Shown: positions 26,392 through 36,899 of the stretch, in pieces
Position numbering within the stretch: the stretch's first letter is position 1
Layout of the letters: the number at the start of each line of letters is the position of its first letter
DNA from: an uncultured Pelagibacteraceae bacterium
Lineage (GTDB): Bacteria > Pseudomonadota > Alphaproteobacteria > Pelagibacterales > Pelagibacteraceae
Direction of reading: 5' to 3'
Assembly (NCBI GenBank): GCA_902515605.1
Contig: CABXVQ010000001.1
Coordinates: forward strand, 1,795 to 65,794
Length of the DNA stretch: 64,000 nt
Made by a program: the position numbers and the translations under genes
Notes under the pieces: generated by a model
The model's input: the letters and a program-made list of their open reading frames with translations, nothing else
What the model was told of the DNA's origin: nothing
Database searches by the model: none

Positions 26392-27345
26392 TTATTTTTG
26401 TATAGTGTTTAATTTGTTCAATTCCTCTAAGAATTGAGGAAGTGCTTCAAAAAGATCAGCTTCAAGACCATAATCAGCAACACTAAATATTGGTGCTTCA
26501 CCATCTTTGTTAATTGCAACTATTACTTTACTTTCTTTCATTCCAGCTAAATGTTGAATAGCTCCTGATATACCTACTGCAATATATAAATCTGGCACTA
26601 CAACTTTACCTGTTTGCCCAACTTGATGATCATTACTTATATAACCTGCATCAACAGCTGCTCTAGATGCACCAATTGCTGCATTTAATTTGTCAGCTAG
26701 TGAAGTAATTAATTTAAAATTATCACCACTTTGCATTCCTCTACCACCAGAAACAACTACTCTAGCCGTTCCAAGTTCAGGTCTATCAGATTTAATTTCT
26801 TCTCTTTTTATAAATTTTGTTTGTACAAATTCTTCACCTGCTTCTGCTTTTTCAATAGGTGCAGATCCCCCAGAACTTTCACAAGGATCAAATGAGGTCG
26901 GTCTTATTGTTACACATTTTTTATTGTCTTTACTTTTTACAGTAGCAAAAGCATTCCCAGCATAAATTGGTCTTAAAAAAGTATCATTAGACACAACTTT
27001 TGTAATGTCACTAATTTGAGAAGTATCTAAAGCTGCAGCAATTCTTGGCATTAAATTTTTACCAAAAGTATTTGCGGAAGAAATAATGTGTGAATAATTT
27101 TCTGATAATTTAACAATTACTGGGGCAAAATTTTCAGCAACAAAATTTTCATAGTGAGGAGCTTCAACTTGAATAACTTTTTTTATCAATTCTAATTCTG
27201 AAAGTGCTTTAGCTGCTTCTCCACATTCATGACCTATAATAACCGCATGAACATCTGTATCTATTTGAGAAGCTGCAGTTGCAGCATTAAGAGTAAAAGG
27301 TCTAAGTTCTTTATTATTATGTTCTGCTATTAATAAAACTGACAT
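26392..27345 (-). CDS. etfA: Electron transfer flavoprotein alpha subunit
   Basis: VVSGGRG, GASRAAVDAG, QVGQTGK, GISGAIQHLAGMK. Confidence 0.97.
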   Translation of the reverse strand: MSVLLIAEHNNKELRPFTLNAATAASQIDTDVHAVIIGHECGEAAKALSELELIKKVIQVEAPHYENFVAENFAPVIVKLSENYSHIISSANTFGKNLMPRIAAALDTSQISDITKVVSNDTFLRPIYAGNAFATVKSKDNKKCVTIRPTSFDPCESSGGSAPIEKAEAGEEFVQTKFIKREEIKSDRPELGTARVVVSGGRGMQSGDNFKLITSLADKLNAAIGASRAAVDAGYISNDHQVGQTGKVVVPDLYIAVGISGAIQHLAGMKESKVIVAINKDGEAPIFSVADYGLEADLFEALPQFLEELNKLNTIQK

Positions 27346-28095
27346 TTATATTACCTTTGCTTCATTTTTTAATTTCTGAACTAATTCTGCCACACTAGAA
27401 ACTTTTATACCTGCTTTTCTTTTAGGTGGTTCTTCAACCCTAGTTTGCTCGATTCTTGGAGTTGTATCTACTCCTAAATCTGACGCATTTATTTGTTCAA
27501 TTGGCTTTTTCTTGGCTTTCATTATATTTGGTAATGACGCATATCTAGGTTCATTTAATCTTAGATCACATGTAACGATTGCTGGAACATTTATTTCTAT
27601 TGTTTCTAACCCCTCATCGATTTCTCTTGTAACTTCCAAGGATTTATCTTTAATCTCAATTTTAGATGCGAAAGTCGCTTGAGGCCAATTAAGTAATGCA
27701 CTTAGCATTTGACCAGTTTGATTACAATCATCATCAATTGCTTGTTTGCCCATAAAAACTAAATCTGGTTTTTCTTTTTCAACTATTTTTTGTAAAAGTT
27801 TAGAAACTGCTAATGGTTCTAAAATCCCCTCAGTCTTAACAAGTATACCTCTGTCTGCACCTACTGCTAAAGCTTTACGTACCGTCTCTTGAGCTTTCTC
27901 TTCTCCAATGCTAACGGCTATAACTTCAGTAGCTTTTCCAGCCTCTTTAATTTTTACCGCCTCTTCTATAGCATTATCATCTGGTGGATTGGTAGACATC
28001 TTAACATTATCAGTAACTACACCTGTATTATCTTCTTTAACTCTTATTTGAACGTTATAATCAATAACTCTTTTTACTGCGACTAAAATTTTCAT
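27346..28095 (-). CDS. etfB: Electron transfer flavoprotein beta subunit
   Basis: [37 protein letters not shown]. Confidence 0.97.
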   Translation of the reverse strand: MKILVAVKRVIDYNVQIRVKEDNTGVVTDNVKMSTNPPDDNAIEEAVKIKEAGKATEVIAVSIGEEKAQETVRKALAVGADRGILVKTEGILEPLAVSKLLQKIVEKEKPDLVFMGKQAIDDDCNQTGQMLSALLNWPQATFASKIEIKDKSLEVTREIDEGLETIEINVPAIVTCDLRLNEPRYASLPNIMKAKKKPIEQINASDLGVDTTPRIEQTRVEEPPKRKAGIKVSSVAELVQKLKNEAKVI

Positions 28096-30527
28096 TAGGC
28101 TCTCAACAATTTATTTTCAACATCGTATGGACTTTCTTCTAAAATTGTAGCCTCGTACATTTTTCCTAATATATCAACTTTAAGTTTTTCACCAACATTA
28201 GCAAGATCAGGTTTCACCATTGCTAAAGCTATAGATTTATCCAGTCTAAATCCATATTCTCCACCTGTAGCTCTTCCTACTACTTTATCATCTTTATAAA
28301 TGGGATTGTTTCCTAAAACATCTGAGTCTGTTGTGTTGTGAACTTCTAATGTAACTAATTTATTATCAAAACCTTTTTCTCTCCATTTGTTTAAAGCCTC
28401 AAGCCCAATGAAATTACCTTTGTTAGGATGAATAAATCTATCTAAACCAGACTCGTAAGGTGAATACTCAATAGATAATTCTGTACCAACTAATTTATAA
28501 GATTTTTCAAGTCTCAAGCTATTCATTGCTCTTATTCCAAAAGGTTTAATTCCCAAATCTTTTCCTGCTTCCATTAACTTATCAAATATATGGTTTTGAT
28601 ATTCAATCGGATGGTGTAGCTCCCAGCCTAATTCACCAACGAAGTTTACTCTCATAGCATTGACTGGAGCATATCCAACATTAACATTTTTAGCTGTTAA
28701 CCATTTAAAATTTTCACTTGAAAAATCATCTATAGAAACTTTTTGCATTAGTTCTCTTGCTTTCGGCCCTGCCACAACAAGTACTCCAGTACTATTTGTT
28801 AAGTCTTCAAATATAACTGATCCATCTGTTGGCATCCACTTTTGGATCCAGTCATGGTCTAATCTTAAATTTGCACCTGCTGAAACAAGATAATATTTAT
28901 TTTCAGCTTCTTTCATAATTGTAAATTCTGAATGAACACCACCCTTAGTATTAAGAGCATGACATAAATTTATTCTTCCAATTTTTTTTGGAAGCTTGTT
29001 AGCCACTAAATAATCTAAAAATTCCTCTGCTTTTGGTCCTCTTATTCTACATTTAGCAAAAGCTGTCATATCTAAAAGACCAACATTTTCTTTTACGTTT
29101 TGACACTCTTTTTTTATAGCATCAAACCATTTAGATCTTCTAAAAGACCAATCATCTTTTTGTTCCATGCCATCAGTTGCAAAAAAGTTTGGTCTTTCCC
29201 AACCAAATTTTTGTCCAAATACTGCACCTAAATTTTTCATTCTTTCATAACATGGTGATGTTCTTAAAGGTCTTGCAGCTGGTCTTTCTTCATCTGGATA
29301 GTGAGTAATAAAAACATGACTGTAAGCTTCCTCATTTTTAGCTTTTAAATAAGATTTAGTTGCATAGTTTCCATAACGTCTTGGTTCAACGCCTAGCATA
29401 TCAATGGTTGGTTCTCCATCTACTATCCATTCTGCTAATTGCCAACCAGCTCCACCAGCAGCAGTAATTCCAAAACTATGACCTTCATTAATCCAAAAAT
29501 TCTTTAGACCCCAAGCTGGTCCAACTATAGGATTTCCATCTGGTGTGTAACAAATTGCACCATTATAAACTTTTTTAACTCCTACCTCACCAAAAGCAGG
29601 AACTCTATGTATTGCTCCTTCTATGTGTGGGGCAAGTCTATCTAAATCTTCTTGAAATAATTCATATTCTGAACTCTTAGATGGACCTTCTACATAACAA
29701 GCAGGAGCACCATCTTCGTAAGGACCTAATATTAATCCACCAGCCTCTTCTCTCATATACCATCTACTATCACTATCTCTTAGCACTCCCATTTCAGGAA
29801 GACCTTCTTTTTTTCTTTTTTGAATTTCTGGGTGAGGCTCAGTAACAATATATTGATGTTCAACAGGAATTACTGGAATATCTAATCCAACCATTTCCCC
29901 AGTTTGTCTTGCAAAATTTCCAGAACAAGAAATTATATGTTCACATTCAATCGAACCTTTGTCTGTTTCAACAATCCATCCTTCTTTATTTTGCTTCATT
30001 GCAATCACTGTTGTGTTCCTATAAATCTCGGCTCCCATATTTCTTGCACCTGTAGCGAGTGCTTGGGTTAAATCTGCAGGCTGGATATAACCATCTTCAG
30101 GATGTTGAATAGCACCTACTAAATCATCTGTATGACATAAAGGCCAAATTTCTTTTACTTGTTGAGGCGTTAAAAATTTTACATCGACACCAATAGTTTT
30201 AGCTACTCCAGCATATTGATGGTATTCATCCATTCTATCTTTTGTACTTGCTAAACGAATATTTGATACAACACTAAATCCAACATTCTTTCCTGTTTCA
30301 TCTTCTAATTTTTTATATAGATCGACTGCATATTTATGTAATTGACCTACAGAGTAGCTCATATTGAAAAGTGGTAATAATCCTGCAGCATGCCAAGTAG
30401 ATCCAGAAGTTAATTCTTTTCTCTCTACAAGAACTACATCAGACCACCCTTTTTTAGCTAAATGATAAAGTGCGCTGACTCCTACTACTCCACCACCAAC
30501 AACTACTACTTTTGTTTTAGATTTCAT
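28095..30527 (-). CDS. Dimethylglycine/sarcosine dehydrogenase-like flavoprotein (FAD domain plus GcvT domains)
   Basis: [44 protein letters not shown]; translationally coupled to etfB. Confidence 0.9.
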   Translation of the reverse strand: MKSKTKVVVVGGGVVGVSALYHLAKKGWSDVVLVERKELTSGSTWHAAGLLPLFNMSYSVGQLHKYAVDLYKKLEDETGKNVGFSVVSNIRLASTKDRMDEYHQYAGVAKTIGVDVKFLTPQQVKEIWPLCHTDDLVGAIQHPEDGYIQPADLTQALATGARNMGAEIYRNTTVIAMKQNKEGWIVETDKGSIECEHIISCSGNFARQTGEMVGLDIPVIPVEHQYIVTEPHPEIQKRKKEGLPEMGVLRDSDSRWYMREEAGGLILGPYEDGAPACYVEGPSKSSEYELFQEDLDRLAPHIEGAIHRVPAFGEVGVKKVYNGAICYTPDGNPIVGPAWGLKNFWINEGHSFGITAAGGAGWQLAEWIVDGEPTIDMLGVEPRRYGNYATKSYLKAKNEEAYSHVFITHYPDEERPAARPLRTSPCYERMKNLGAVFGQKFGWERPNFFATDGMEQKDDWSFRRSKWFDAIKKECQNVKENVGLLDMTAFAKCRIRGPKAEEFLDYLVANKLPKKIGRINLCHALNTKGGVHSEFTIMKEAENKYYLVSAGANLRLDHDWIQKWMPTDGSVIFEDLTNSTGVLVVAGPKARELMQKVSIDDFSSENFKWLTAKNVNVGYAPVNAMRVNFVGELGWELHHPIEYQNHIFDKLMEAGKDLGIKPFGIRAMNSLRLEKSYKLVGTELSIEYSPYESGLDRFIHPNKGNFIGLEALNKWREKGFDNKLVTLEVHNTTDSDVLGNNPIYKDDKVVGRATGGEYGFRLDKSIALAMVKPDLANVGEKLKVDILGKMYEATILEESPYDVENKLLRA

Positions 30528-30583
30528 TAAGCGATTCCTACTAAATTTTTATTCATTACGAAACAAAATTGTATCTAAGAATA

Positions 30584-31060
30584 TCAAATTGAACTTCCCA
30601 ATGATATGGGATTAGATACCATAGTAGTCAACCAACAGTCTTTTAAGGGTCCATCCATAGTATATTTTTCAACCTGCCAATTAAATTTATGATAAATTTT
30701 GTTTTTATCTAAAATGATAACTTCGAATTGAGCCCATTTGTCACTACTTCCAAGCTCTGTAATTGTGTGATTCAAGTGGTCAATTAACATTTGGTATGAA
30801 TTTCCCTTAATCATCATTTTAAAATTTGGTAGAGGGCCAGTATTCTTTTTATTATTTGGATGAGCAAAATTCCAAGTTTGTTCAATCCCACTGTCTTTAA
30901 AATCTTTATCATTATCCATTAGACCTACTAACTGAATCTTAATTACTTCTGCTGGTAAAATTAAATTATTTGGAGATTTTAAATCAGCGTTTGAATATGA
31001 AATATTAAAAAAAATAATTGTAACTATACTAAATATTAAGGGCAGTTTTTTTAACATCAT
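30584..31060 (-). CDS. Exported hypothetical protein (DUF4864-like)
   Basis: N-terminal signal; P.EVI..QL..L..ND, FA.P.N...GP...F..M, CWLT..V. Confidence 0.6.
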   Translation of the reverse strand: MMLKKLPLIFSIVTIIFFNISYSNADLKSPNNLILPAEVIKIQLVGLMDNDKDFKDSGIEQTWNFAHPNNKKNTGPLPNFKMMIKGNSYQMLIDHLNHTITELGSSDKWAQFEVIILDKNKIYHKFNWQVEKYTMDGPLKDCWLTTMVSNPISLGSSI

Positions 31061-31598
31061 TTAGAAACTCTTCTCTTTTTTTATCACTTACGAAAGGTAC
31101 AGCAAAATATCTTCTATAATTGATATTATAAATGCCGCACATGTGGAAAACACCTCTTTTCAACCTTCTAATAGGTAAGTTTAAAAAAAATGTTGTGATT
31201 GCTAATCTGGGTGATCCATAAGTACAAAAAATAATTGCTTTTTTATCTCTAAGGTTTCCTATTGGATAGCCATAATTTCCCCAGAGCTTTTGAAATTTAA
31301 ATGCCCAAGGTGGAGCTAATACTTTATCTATCCACCCTTCAACTATTGCCGGCATTCTAAAATTCCAAATAGGTGCAATTAATACAATTGTATCACACGT
31401 ATCTATTCTTTTTCTATGATCTAAAACTATTTCATCTGGTTCTTCACCCGCAAAAACTGGATTAAATTTCTCTTGATATAAATCAACACTGTCAACTACG
31501 TGACCATTTTCTTCAGCTGTCTTAGTGAAAGTATTTTTAATAGCAGCATTAAATGACTTGTCATCATAATGACCATATATAAGAAAAATTTTTTTCAT
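31029..31598 (-). CDS. NAD(P)H-dependent quinone oxidoreductase (Flavodoxin_2 family)
   Basis: YGH....SFN.A, DLY...FNP, PIWNF.MPA...GWIDKV. Confidence 0.85.
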   Translation of the reverse strand: MKKIFLIYGHYDDKSFNAAIKNTFTKTAEENGHVVDSVDLYQEKFNPVFAGEEPDEIVLDHRKRIDTCDTIVLIAPIWNFRMPAIVEGWIDKVLAPPWAFKFQKLWGNYGYPIGNLRDKKAIIFCTYGSPRLAITTFFLNLPIRRLKRGVFHMCGIYNINYRRYFAVPFVSDKKREEFLNDVKKTALNI

Positions 31599-31668
31599 TT
31601 AAATACTTTTAGTATAATTAAATAATACTAGTATTGTAATTTTATTATACTTGAGTTGTGTTTTTGTA

Positions 31669-32118
31669 TTATATTTTTTGATCAAGTTTTGGTTTCCAAA
31701 ATGGTCGAAAGAGTTCAATCTTTGGACATCTATTCATCACTACCTTTAGACCAGCTTCTTCTGCAAGATTAGCAGCTTCATGATTGATAACACCTATCTG
31801 TCCCCATAATACTTTAGCGCCAATAGCAATTGCCTCCTCAGCAACTCCATAAAGATCTTCAGGTTTCCTAAAAACTTCAACCATATCGACAGGTCGATCA
31901 ATTGATGCAAGATTAGGATATACTTTTAAATTTCGTATTTCTTTGATTTCAGGTTTTGGATTAACTGGTATCATATCATATCCAGTTTCATGAAGCACTC
32001 TTAAGACACCGTAACTAAATTTAGTCTTATCAGGACTAGCACCAACCATTGCTATAGTCTTAACAGATTGCAAAATATCTTTTAAATATTCATCACTATA
32101 AGGCTTAGTATGGTCCAT
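31669..32118 (-). CDS. CoA-binding domain protein (YccU-like)
   Basis: KTIAMVGAS, PVNP, VDMVEVFR, LWGQIG, V.MNRC..IE. Confidence 0.88.
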   Translation of the reverse strand: MDHTKPYSDEYLKDILQSVKTIAMVGASPDKTKFSYGVLRVLHETGYDMIPVNPKPEIKEIRNLKVYPNLASIDRPVDMVEVFRKPEDLYGVAEEAIAIGAKVLWGQIGVINHEAANLAEEAGLKVVMNRCPKIELFRPFWKPKLDQKI

Positions 32119-32496
32119 TTACTTATTTTTTTTAATATTTTTTTGAGTTGCAATATCAGCTTTTAACTCATGTGGTGCAAGTGGGTCAAGAAAAGGATTG
32201 CGATAGAGTTTATCATGACTTTCAACTCCAATTTCAATTTCACAATCAGTTTTTGGTCGAGCAACACATAAAACAACATAACCATTGTTAATTTGTCTAT
32301 TGTTTAAAGCTACTTGAGAACGTTGATCTACTTCACCATTAATAAGTTTTGCTGCACAAGTTATACAGCCTCCATATTCACAACCATAGGGAAGATCAAC
32401 TCCTTGAGCACGTAATTCTTGTAGCAAGGGTTTTCGGTCTGAGACCTCAAAAGTTTTATTTTTACGATTGATAATAGTAATTTTCTTTACAGCCAT
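32119..32496 (-). CDS. Plant-type 2Fe-2S ferredoxin
   Basis: LPYGCEYGGCITC ... LCVA.P. Likely ATG 32496, overlapping the end of the SBP56 gene. Confidence 0.88.
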   Translation of the reverse strand: MAVKKITIINRKNKTFEVSDRKPLLQELRAQGVDLPYGCEYGGCITCAAKLINGEVDQRSQVALNNRQINNGYVVLCVARPKTDCEIEIGVESHDKLYRNPFLDPLAPHELKADIATQKNIKKNK

Positions 32497-33860
32497 ATAT
32501 CGCTTGTACAATCTCCACCCGGATATCTACTTTCATGACATCTACTTGGGCCATTAGGTTCTTTACCAAAATCAACTATAAAATCTTCATTGATTTTCAT
32601 ACCACCATTTTCAACATCGCAGTCAATCATAACCATAGCGCCACCTTGTGTTCTTATGTCAGGATAAAATTGATTATCCCAAGTTGAAAATAGAGAAGTT
32701 GTTACGTACATTCGCTTACCATCTAAAGATAATTGGTACATTTGGGGACCGCCTGCAATTTTTACTCCATTAATAATTGGTGCTTTGCCTAAAAGTCCAC
32801 CAATCCAAACTTGTCCAGTTAATTTTGGTTTGTGTGGGTCTGTTATATCGTATTGTCTCATGTCTCCATGAAGCCAGTTATTTAAATAAAGATATTTATC
32901 ATCCATTGAAACAAGAATTGCAGACATTACTCCAGGAATAGGTATGGGCCAATCTGGGTGAGGTTCATTATTGACATCTATAACTTTTTCCCACTCCCAC
33001 TTTCCCTCTTTGGATTTCCAAAAATGAATAACGTTAGAACTGAGTGCTGCCCCACAAAATCCATGAGTGCTATCAGGATCATGCTTAAATTTTACTTCCA
33101 ATGGTATTAGACCATCTTCACCAAGATACATTGTTTCAATTGGTTCTTTTTTTTTAAAATCCCAGATATGGAGTCTTCGTCCATATTTTAAGTGACCGAC
33201 TTCTTCCAAATCAAAGCCTGGCATAAAGGTATTGGGTGCTGCCCATTCTGAGCTTACCATCACGTTATGACGTGGCTGATACCAAAAATCATAGCTAAAA
33301 GGGATATCTCCCATTGAGTTTTCCCATCTTCCAACAATTTCAAAATCTTTGTTAAGGTGCAAGTATCCTCCAGGAGCTTCACCCTTGGCATTACCAAGAA
33401 AAGAAATGATAATTTCAGATCCTAGACAATGAACTGTATGCGGTCCTGACAAATTAGTTTTAGATTTTATTTCTGAGCCTTTAATTACTTTGTGGATTTT
33501 TGGAGCAAATGGATCTGTTGCAGTATCTATTACATGAATATTATTTGATCTAACACCTGGTACTAAAAGATATTTTCTGCTCATTCCTGCATCACCGTGA
33601 CATGAAGAGCATGCATTCCATCCCATATGATGTAATTCATCTCCAATCCCTGGCATTTCTAAACGGTGAATAACCTTTGAATAAGTTGGACTATCTGGAT
33701 CAACATCAACAGTTGCAAGATAATCAGGTTTTTGAATTCCTGTTCCAGTATAAATAGCTATTGTATATAAAAGTTTTTCATTTGGTGCTTTAATTGCTTC
33801 AGATGGACTAGCATAACCAGGCCCACAACAAGTATTATTTATTTTTTCTAAATCACTCAT
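32487..33860 (-). CDS. SBP56/SELENBP1 family protein (methanethiol oxidase homologue), no signal peptide
   Basis: CGPGYASP, PDYLATVDVDP, DELHHMGWNACSSC, PHT, YDFWYQPRHN, GGPQM.QLSLDGKR, HE.RYPGGDCTSDIW. Confidence 0.92.
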   Translation of the reverse strand: MSDLEKINNTCCGPGYASPSEAIKAPNEKLLYTIAIYTGTGIQKPDYLATVDVDPDSPTYSKVIHRLEMPGIGDELHHMGWNACSSCHGDAGMSRKYLLVPGVRSNNIHVIDTATDPFAPKIHKVIKGSEIKSKTNLSGPHTVHCLGSEIIISFLGNAKGEAPGGYLHLNKDFEIVGRWENSMGDIPFSYDFWYQPRHNVMVSSEWAAPNTFMPGFDLEEVGHLKYGRRLHIWDFKKKEPIETMYLGEDGLIPLEVKFKHDPDSTHGFCGAALSSNVIHFWKSKEGKWEWEKVIDVNNEPHPDWPIPIPGVMSAILVSMDDKYLYLNNWLHGDMRQYDITDPHKPKLTGQVWIGGLLGKAPIINGVKIAGGPQMYQLSLDGKRMYVTTSLFSTWDNQFYPDIRTQGGAMVMIDCDVENGGMKINEDFIVDFGKEPNGPSRCHESRYPGGDCTSDIWL

Positions 33861-34048
33861 TACTTATCTTTATTAATCTGATCTTCACAAAACTCTTTCG
33901 CTTGCTGTGTAGTCATTGGTTTATCTAACTTTTTACTTCCAGCAATACAGGCATCTATAGCTCTTTTAAAATTATGGTCTCTAAAATCTAAAACCACATA
34001 TAAACCTACAAATATAAATATAACGATTAAAATATTTTTAATCGTCAT
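33860..34048 (-). CDS. Small membrane-anchored hypothetical protein (two Cys)
   Basis: 62 aa with an N-terminal TM segment; overlaps both neighbours by 1-4 bp. Confidence 0.65.
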   Translation of the reverse strand: MTIKNILIVIFIFVGLYVVLDFRDHNFKRAIDACIAGSKKLDKPMTTQQAKEFCEDQINKDK

Positions 34049-34815
34049 TTATTTTTCCAAATCGGTTTTCTTTTCTCTAGAAATGCAGAAATTCCTTCCT
34101 TTGCATCCATTGCCATCATATTAATTGTCATCATTTTGCTAGTGTAGGCGTAAGCTTTTCTTAAAGGCATCTCTAACTGTTTATAAAAAGTTTGTTTACC
34201 AATTTTGATAGTTAAATTTGATTTTGAAGCAATTTTTTGAGCTATTTTTAAAACTTCATTGTTTAATTTTGATTTTGAGAAACAATCATTAATCAGACCA
34301 ATTTCTTTTGCATAATTTGCTTTAATAGGTTCTCCGGTTAGTAACATTTTCATCATTGGTTTCCTACTTATCTTTCTGCTAACCGCCACCATTGGAGTAC
34401 TACAAAATAATCCAATATTTACTCCTGGTGTTGCAAATAAAGCATCTTTAGTGCTATAAGCTAAATCACAACTTGCAACTAACTGACATCCTGCGGCATA
34501 GGCAGCACCATGAACTTTAGCAATTACTGGTTTCTTTCCTTCAACTATTTGCAGCATCAATTTTGAACAAAGGTTAAATAATTTTTGGTATTTTTCTTTT
34601 TTCTTTAAACCTCTTACTTCTTTTAAGTTATGTCCTGCACTAAACCCTTTACCAGCCCCTTCAAGAATAATTACTTTAACATTCTTGTCATTATCTAATT
34701 TTTTAAAAACTTTAATTAGGTCATTCAAATTTTTAAAAGATAAAGAATTATAAGTTTTGGGTTCGTTAATGATTACTCTTGAAATATTTTTTTTATTAAT
34801 GACTTTTATGTTCAT
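34045..34815 (-). CDS. Enoyl-CoA hydratase/isomerase family protein (ECHDC3-like)
   Basis: FSAGHNL, PVIAKVHG.A.AAGCQL, FATPGVNIGLFC. Confidence 0.9.
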   Translation of the reverse strand: MNIKVINKKNISRVIINEPKTYNSLSFKNLNDLIKVFKKLDNDKNVKVIILEGAGKGFSAGHNLKEVRGLKKKEKYQKLFNLCSKLMLQIVEGKKPVIAKVHGAAYAAGCQLVASCDLAYSTKDALFATPGVNIGLFCSTPMVAVSRKISRKPMMKMLLTGEPIKANYAKEIGLINDCFSKSKLNNEVLKIAQKIASKSNLTIKIGKQTFYKQLEMPLRKAYAYTSKMMTINMMAMDAKEGISAFLEKRKPIWKNK

Positions 34816-34821
34816 TGAAAA

Positions 34822-35196
34822 TTATTTAAGTTTACCTTCTTCTCTCATCTTGGCTCTTATTTTGGTAGCTGAAATTTCTTGTATTTCTTTTGAAAGTTCA
34901 ATTTCTTCAATTTTATAGCCTACTCCTCTACCATAACAAATATTGGTAATATTGGGCACCATCATAATCTTAAATCGTCCTTCAAATTCTGGATTCAATC
35001 TATCCTCAATGTTCTTTTTGACCGTGTCAAAATCAAATGGATTGTCATCTACACCTTGAACATCTCTTATTTGAATACAAACTTGACCAGTTTTTTTTAT
35101 TATTTCTTTAAATAAAGTATAGTGGCCATCGTGAAATGGTTGCCATCTTCCCAACATTTGTGCAGTAGGTTTTTTATTATCCCATTTGTAAACCAT
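34822..35196 (-). CDS. Small HxGH nucleotidyltransferase (cytidylyltransferase-like)
   Basis: GRWQPFHDGH, DNPF, ISATKIR. Confidence 0.8.
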   Translation of the reverse strand: MVYKWDNKKPTAQMLGRWQPFHDGHYTLFKEIIKKTGQVCIQIRDVQGVDDNPFDFDTVKKNIEDRLNPEFEGRFKIMMVPNITNICYGRGVGYKIEEIELSKEIQEISATKIRAKMREEGKLK

Positions 35197-35603
35197 TATT
35201 TTATCTCCTTATATATTTTCGGTGCCCAATTTTTAGCATCTTGTGAAGTAACATGAAAGTCATACTTATCAGGTTTAATAAACATCTTATTAGTATCTTC
35301 AAATCTTCCTTCTTTAATTGTATCTACCCAAATTACGTAATCAGCTGGAAATAAACTTCTAGCTTCAGGTGTTGGACAAATAAAATCTGCTATTACAAAG
35401 TTTCCTTGCTCTTTTAGTTTTGTTGCAAAGTTAGCCATTCTTTTAGCTTGTCTTTTTCTTCCTTCTTCTGAAAAATCCCAATCATTAGCTTCTTTTCTAA
35501 CCTCATCAGCATTTAATCTTTTTGCATTCAACATAGGCCCCAATTCATTAGCTAAAGTTGTTTTTCCTGATCCAGGTAAACCCATTATTAAAACTATTTT
35601 CAT
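35196..35603 (-). CDS. Short adenylyl-sulfate kinase-like P-loop kinase
   Basis: GLPGSGKTTLA, ADEVR, DFS..GR..Q..R, F..P..YD. Confidence 0.78.
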   Translation of the reverse strand: MKIVLIMGLPGSGKTTLANELGPMLNAKRLNADEVRKEANDWDFSEEGRKRQAKRMANFATKLKEQGNFVIADFICPTPEARSLFPADYVIWVDTIKEGRFEDTNKMFIKPDKYDFHVTSQDAKNWAPKIYKEIK

Positions 35604-35604
35604 T

Positions 35605-36798
35605 TTAAATTAAATTTCCTGCTACCCATTTATGAAATTGATGAGTTGGTTGATCCATTGTTGGAGAAAAATTTCCTCCATTATATGATGGTGAATTTCT
35701 TCCACTTTGCATTCCTTCAATTGCAACAATATCTTCTAACATTACATTTTTCCAAAATTTTAAATTTTCTTTTCTCAACTCTTTTAATTCTTCCTCATTG
35801 GCACTTGCATTACCGACATAATACATCTGCATATGTTCTCTAGTTTTATTGATTGCCAAAGGTTCTAACCAAAAAACATAAAAATGGTCTATATGTAAAC
35901 CAATCATTACATTTGGAAATAAAGCTACATATTCAGATTTTTTTAAATTATTCTTATCCCAATTTGGAAAAGTGTTAAATTTTTTATTTCCCTTGATCAG
36001 TTGTTCATACTTATTACTTCCTTGTCCTGCAAATCTATTTGGTAAACCTTGTATATGATAATGATCATTAATATTAGAGACTTTGTTTAGTTCTGGATGA
36101 ATAGTTGGTAGATGATAACTTTCACAATAATTTTCTATAGCAAATTTCCAATTACATTTTACATCTAAATTAAAGTAACCATAATCATTTGAATGCACTA
36201 TTAATCTATGATCTTCTTTATTGATAAATTTAGACCATCTATTTTCAAGAGGCTTAATATATTCATCAAAATCAATTTCATTAGAGTTTAAGTTAATAAA
36301 AATAATATCCATCCAAACTTTATTTTTAACTTCTTTTAAATTACTTTTTGTTTTATCGAATCTTTCTGACTGATGATTGTTAAGACCACCAATGTGAGGT
36401 GTTGCAACTAGATTTCCTTTAAAATCATAAGCCCAAGAATGATATGGACATCTGATAACATTTTTTAGAGAACACGTTTTGTCCACAAGTTTAAAACCTC
36501 TGTGACTACACACATTATGAAAAACTCGAATCTTCATATCTTTATCCCTAATCATAATTAAAGGAATCCCGAGTAGATTGTATGGTTTGACATCTCCTGG
36601 ATTTGGAATTGAACTTCCAACTCCAATCACTGTCCACTTATCACAAAAAACCTTATTCTTTTCATAGTCAAAGTAGTCTTTATCTGTGTAGCATTCATTT
36701 GGAAGACCGTTAGCAGTCTCAATAGGCTTATTCACTGCATGTAATTTTTTCAAATCTAAGATTTCAGATAAAATTTTATTTTTGTAATTTTGAGCCAC
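35605..36798 (-). CDS. Rieske non-haem iron oxygenase alpha subunit (choline/betaine/carnitine monooxygenase-like)
   Basis: CSHRG...CPYHSW, NWK...ENY.E.YHL..IHPEL, ED. The start is uncertain (GTG 36798 preferred; the ORF track gives 36834). Confidence 0.88.
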   Translation of the reverse strand: MAQNYKNKILSEILDLKKLHAVNKPIETANGLPNECYTDKDYFDYEKNKVFCDKWTVIGVGSSIPNPGDVKPYNLLGIPLIMIRDKDMKIRVFHNVCSHRGFKLVDKTCSLKNVIRCPYHSWAYDFKGNLVATPHIGGLNNHQSERFDKTKSNLKEVKNKVWMDIIFINLNSNEIDFDEYIKPLENRWSKFINKEDHRLIVHSNDYGYFNLDVKCNWKFAIENYCESYHLPTIHPELNKVSNINDHYHIQGLPNRFAGQGSNKYEQLIKGNKKFNTFPNWDKNNLKKSEYVALFPNVMIGLHIDHFYVFWLEPLAINKTREHMQMYYVGNASANEEELKELRKENLKFWKNVMLEDIVAIEGMQSGRNSPSYNGGNFSPTMDQPTHQFHKWVAGNLI

Positions 36799-36899
36799 AA
36801 AAAAAATTATCATGAGCATCATTTTTGGCAACAAATTTCGATTTGGATATTGTTGAATTTCTTTGACAGCTTTTACAAAAAAGATAATGATCTGAAAAA

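Noticed and set aside
32487-33860. Selenocysteine recoding suggested by the selenium-binding family name, or in MsrB
   Set aside because: Both ORFs are full length with no in-frame TGA, and MsrB has Cys at the catalytic position.
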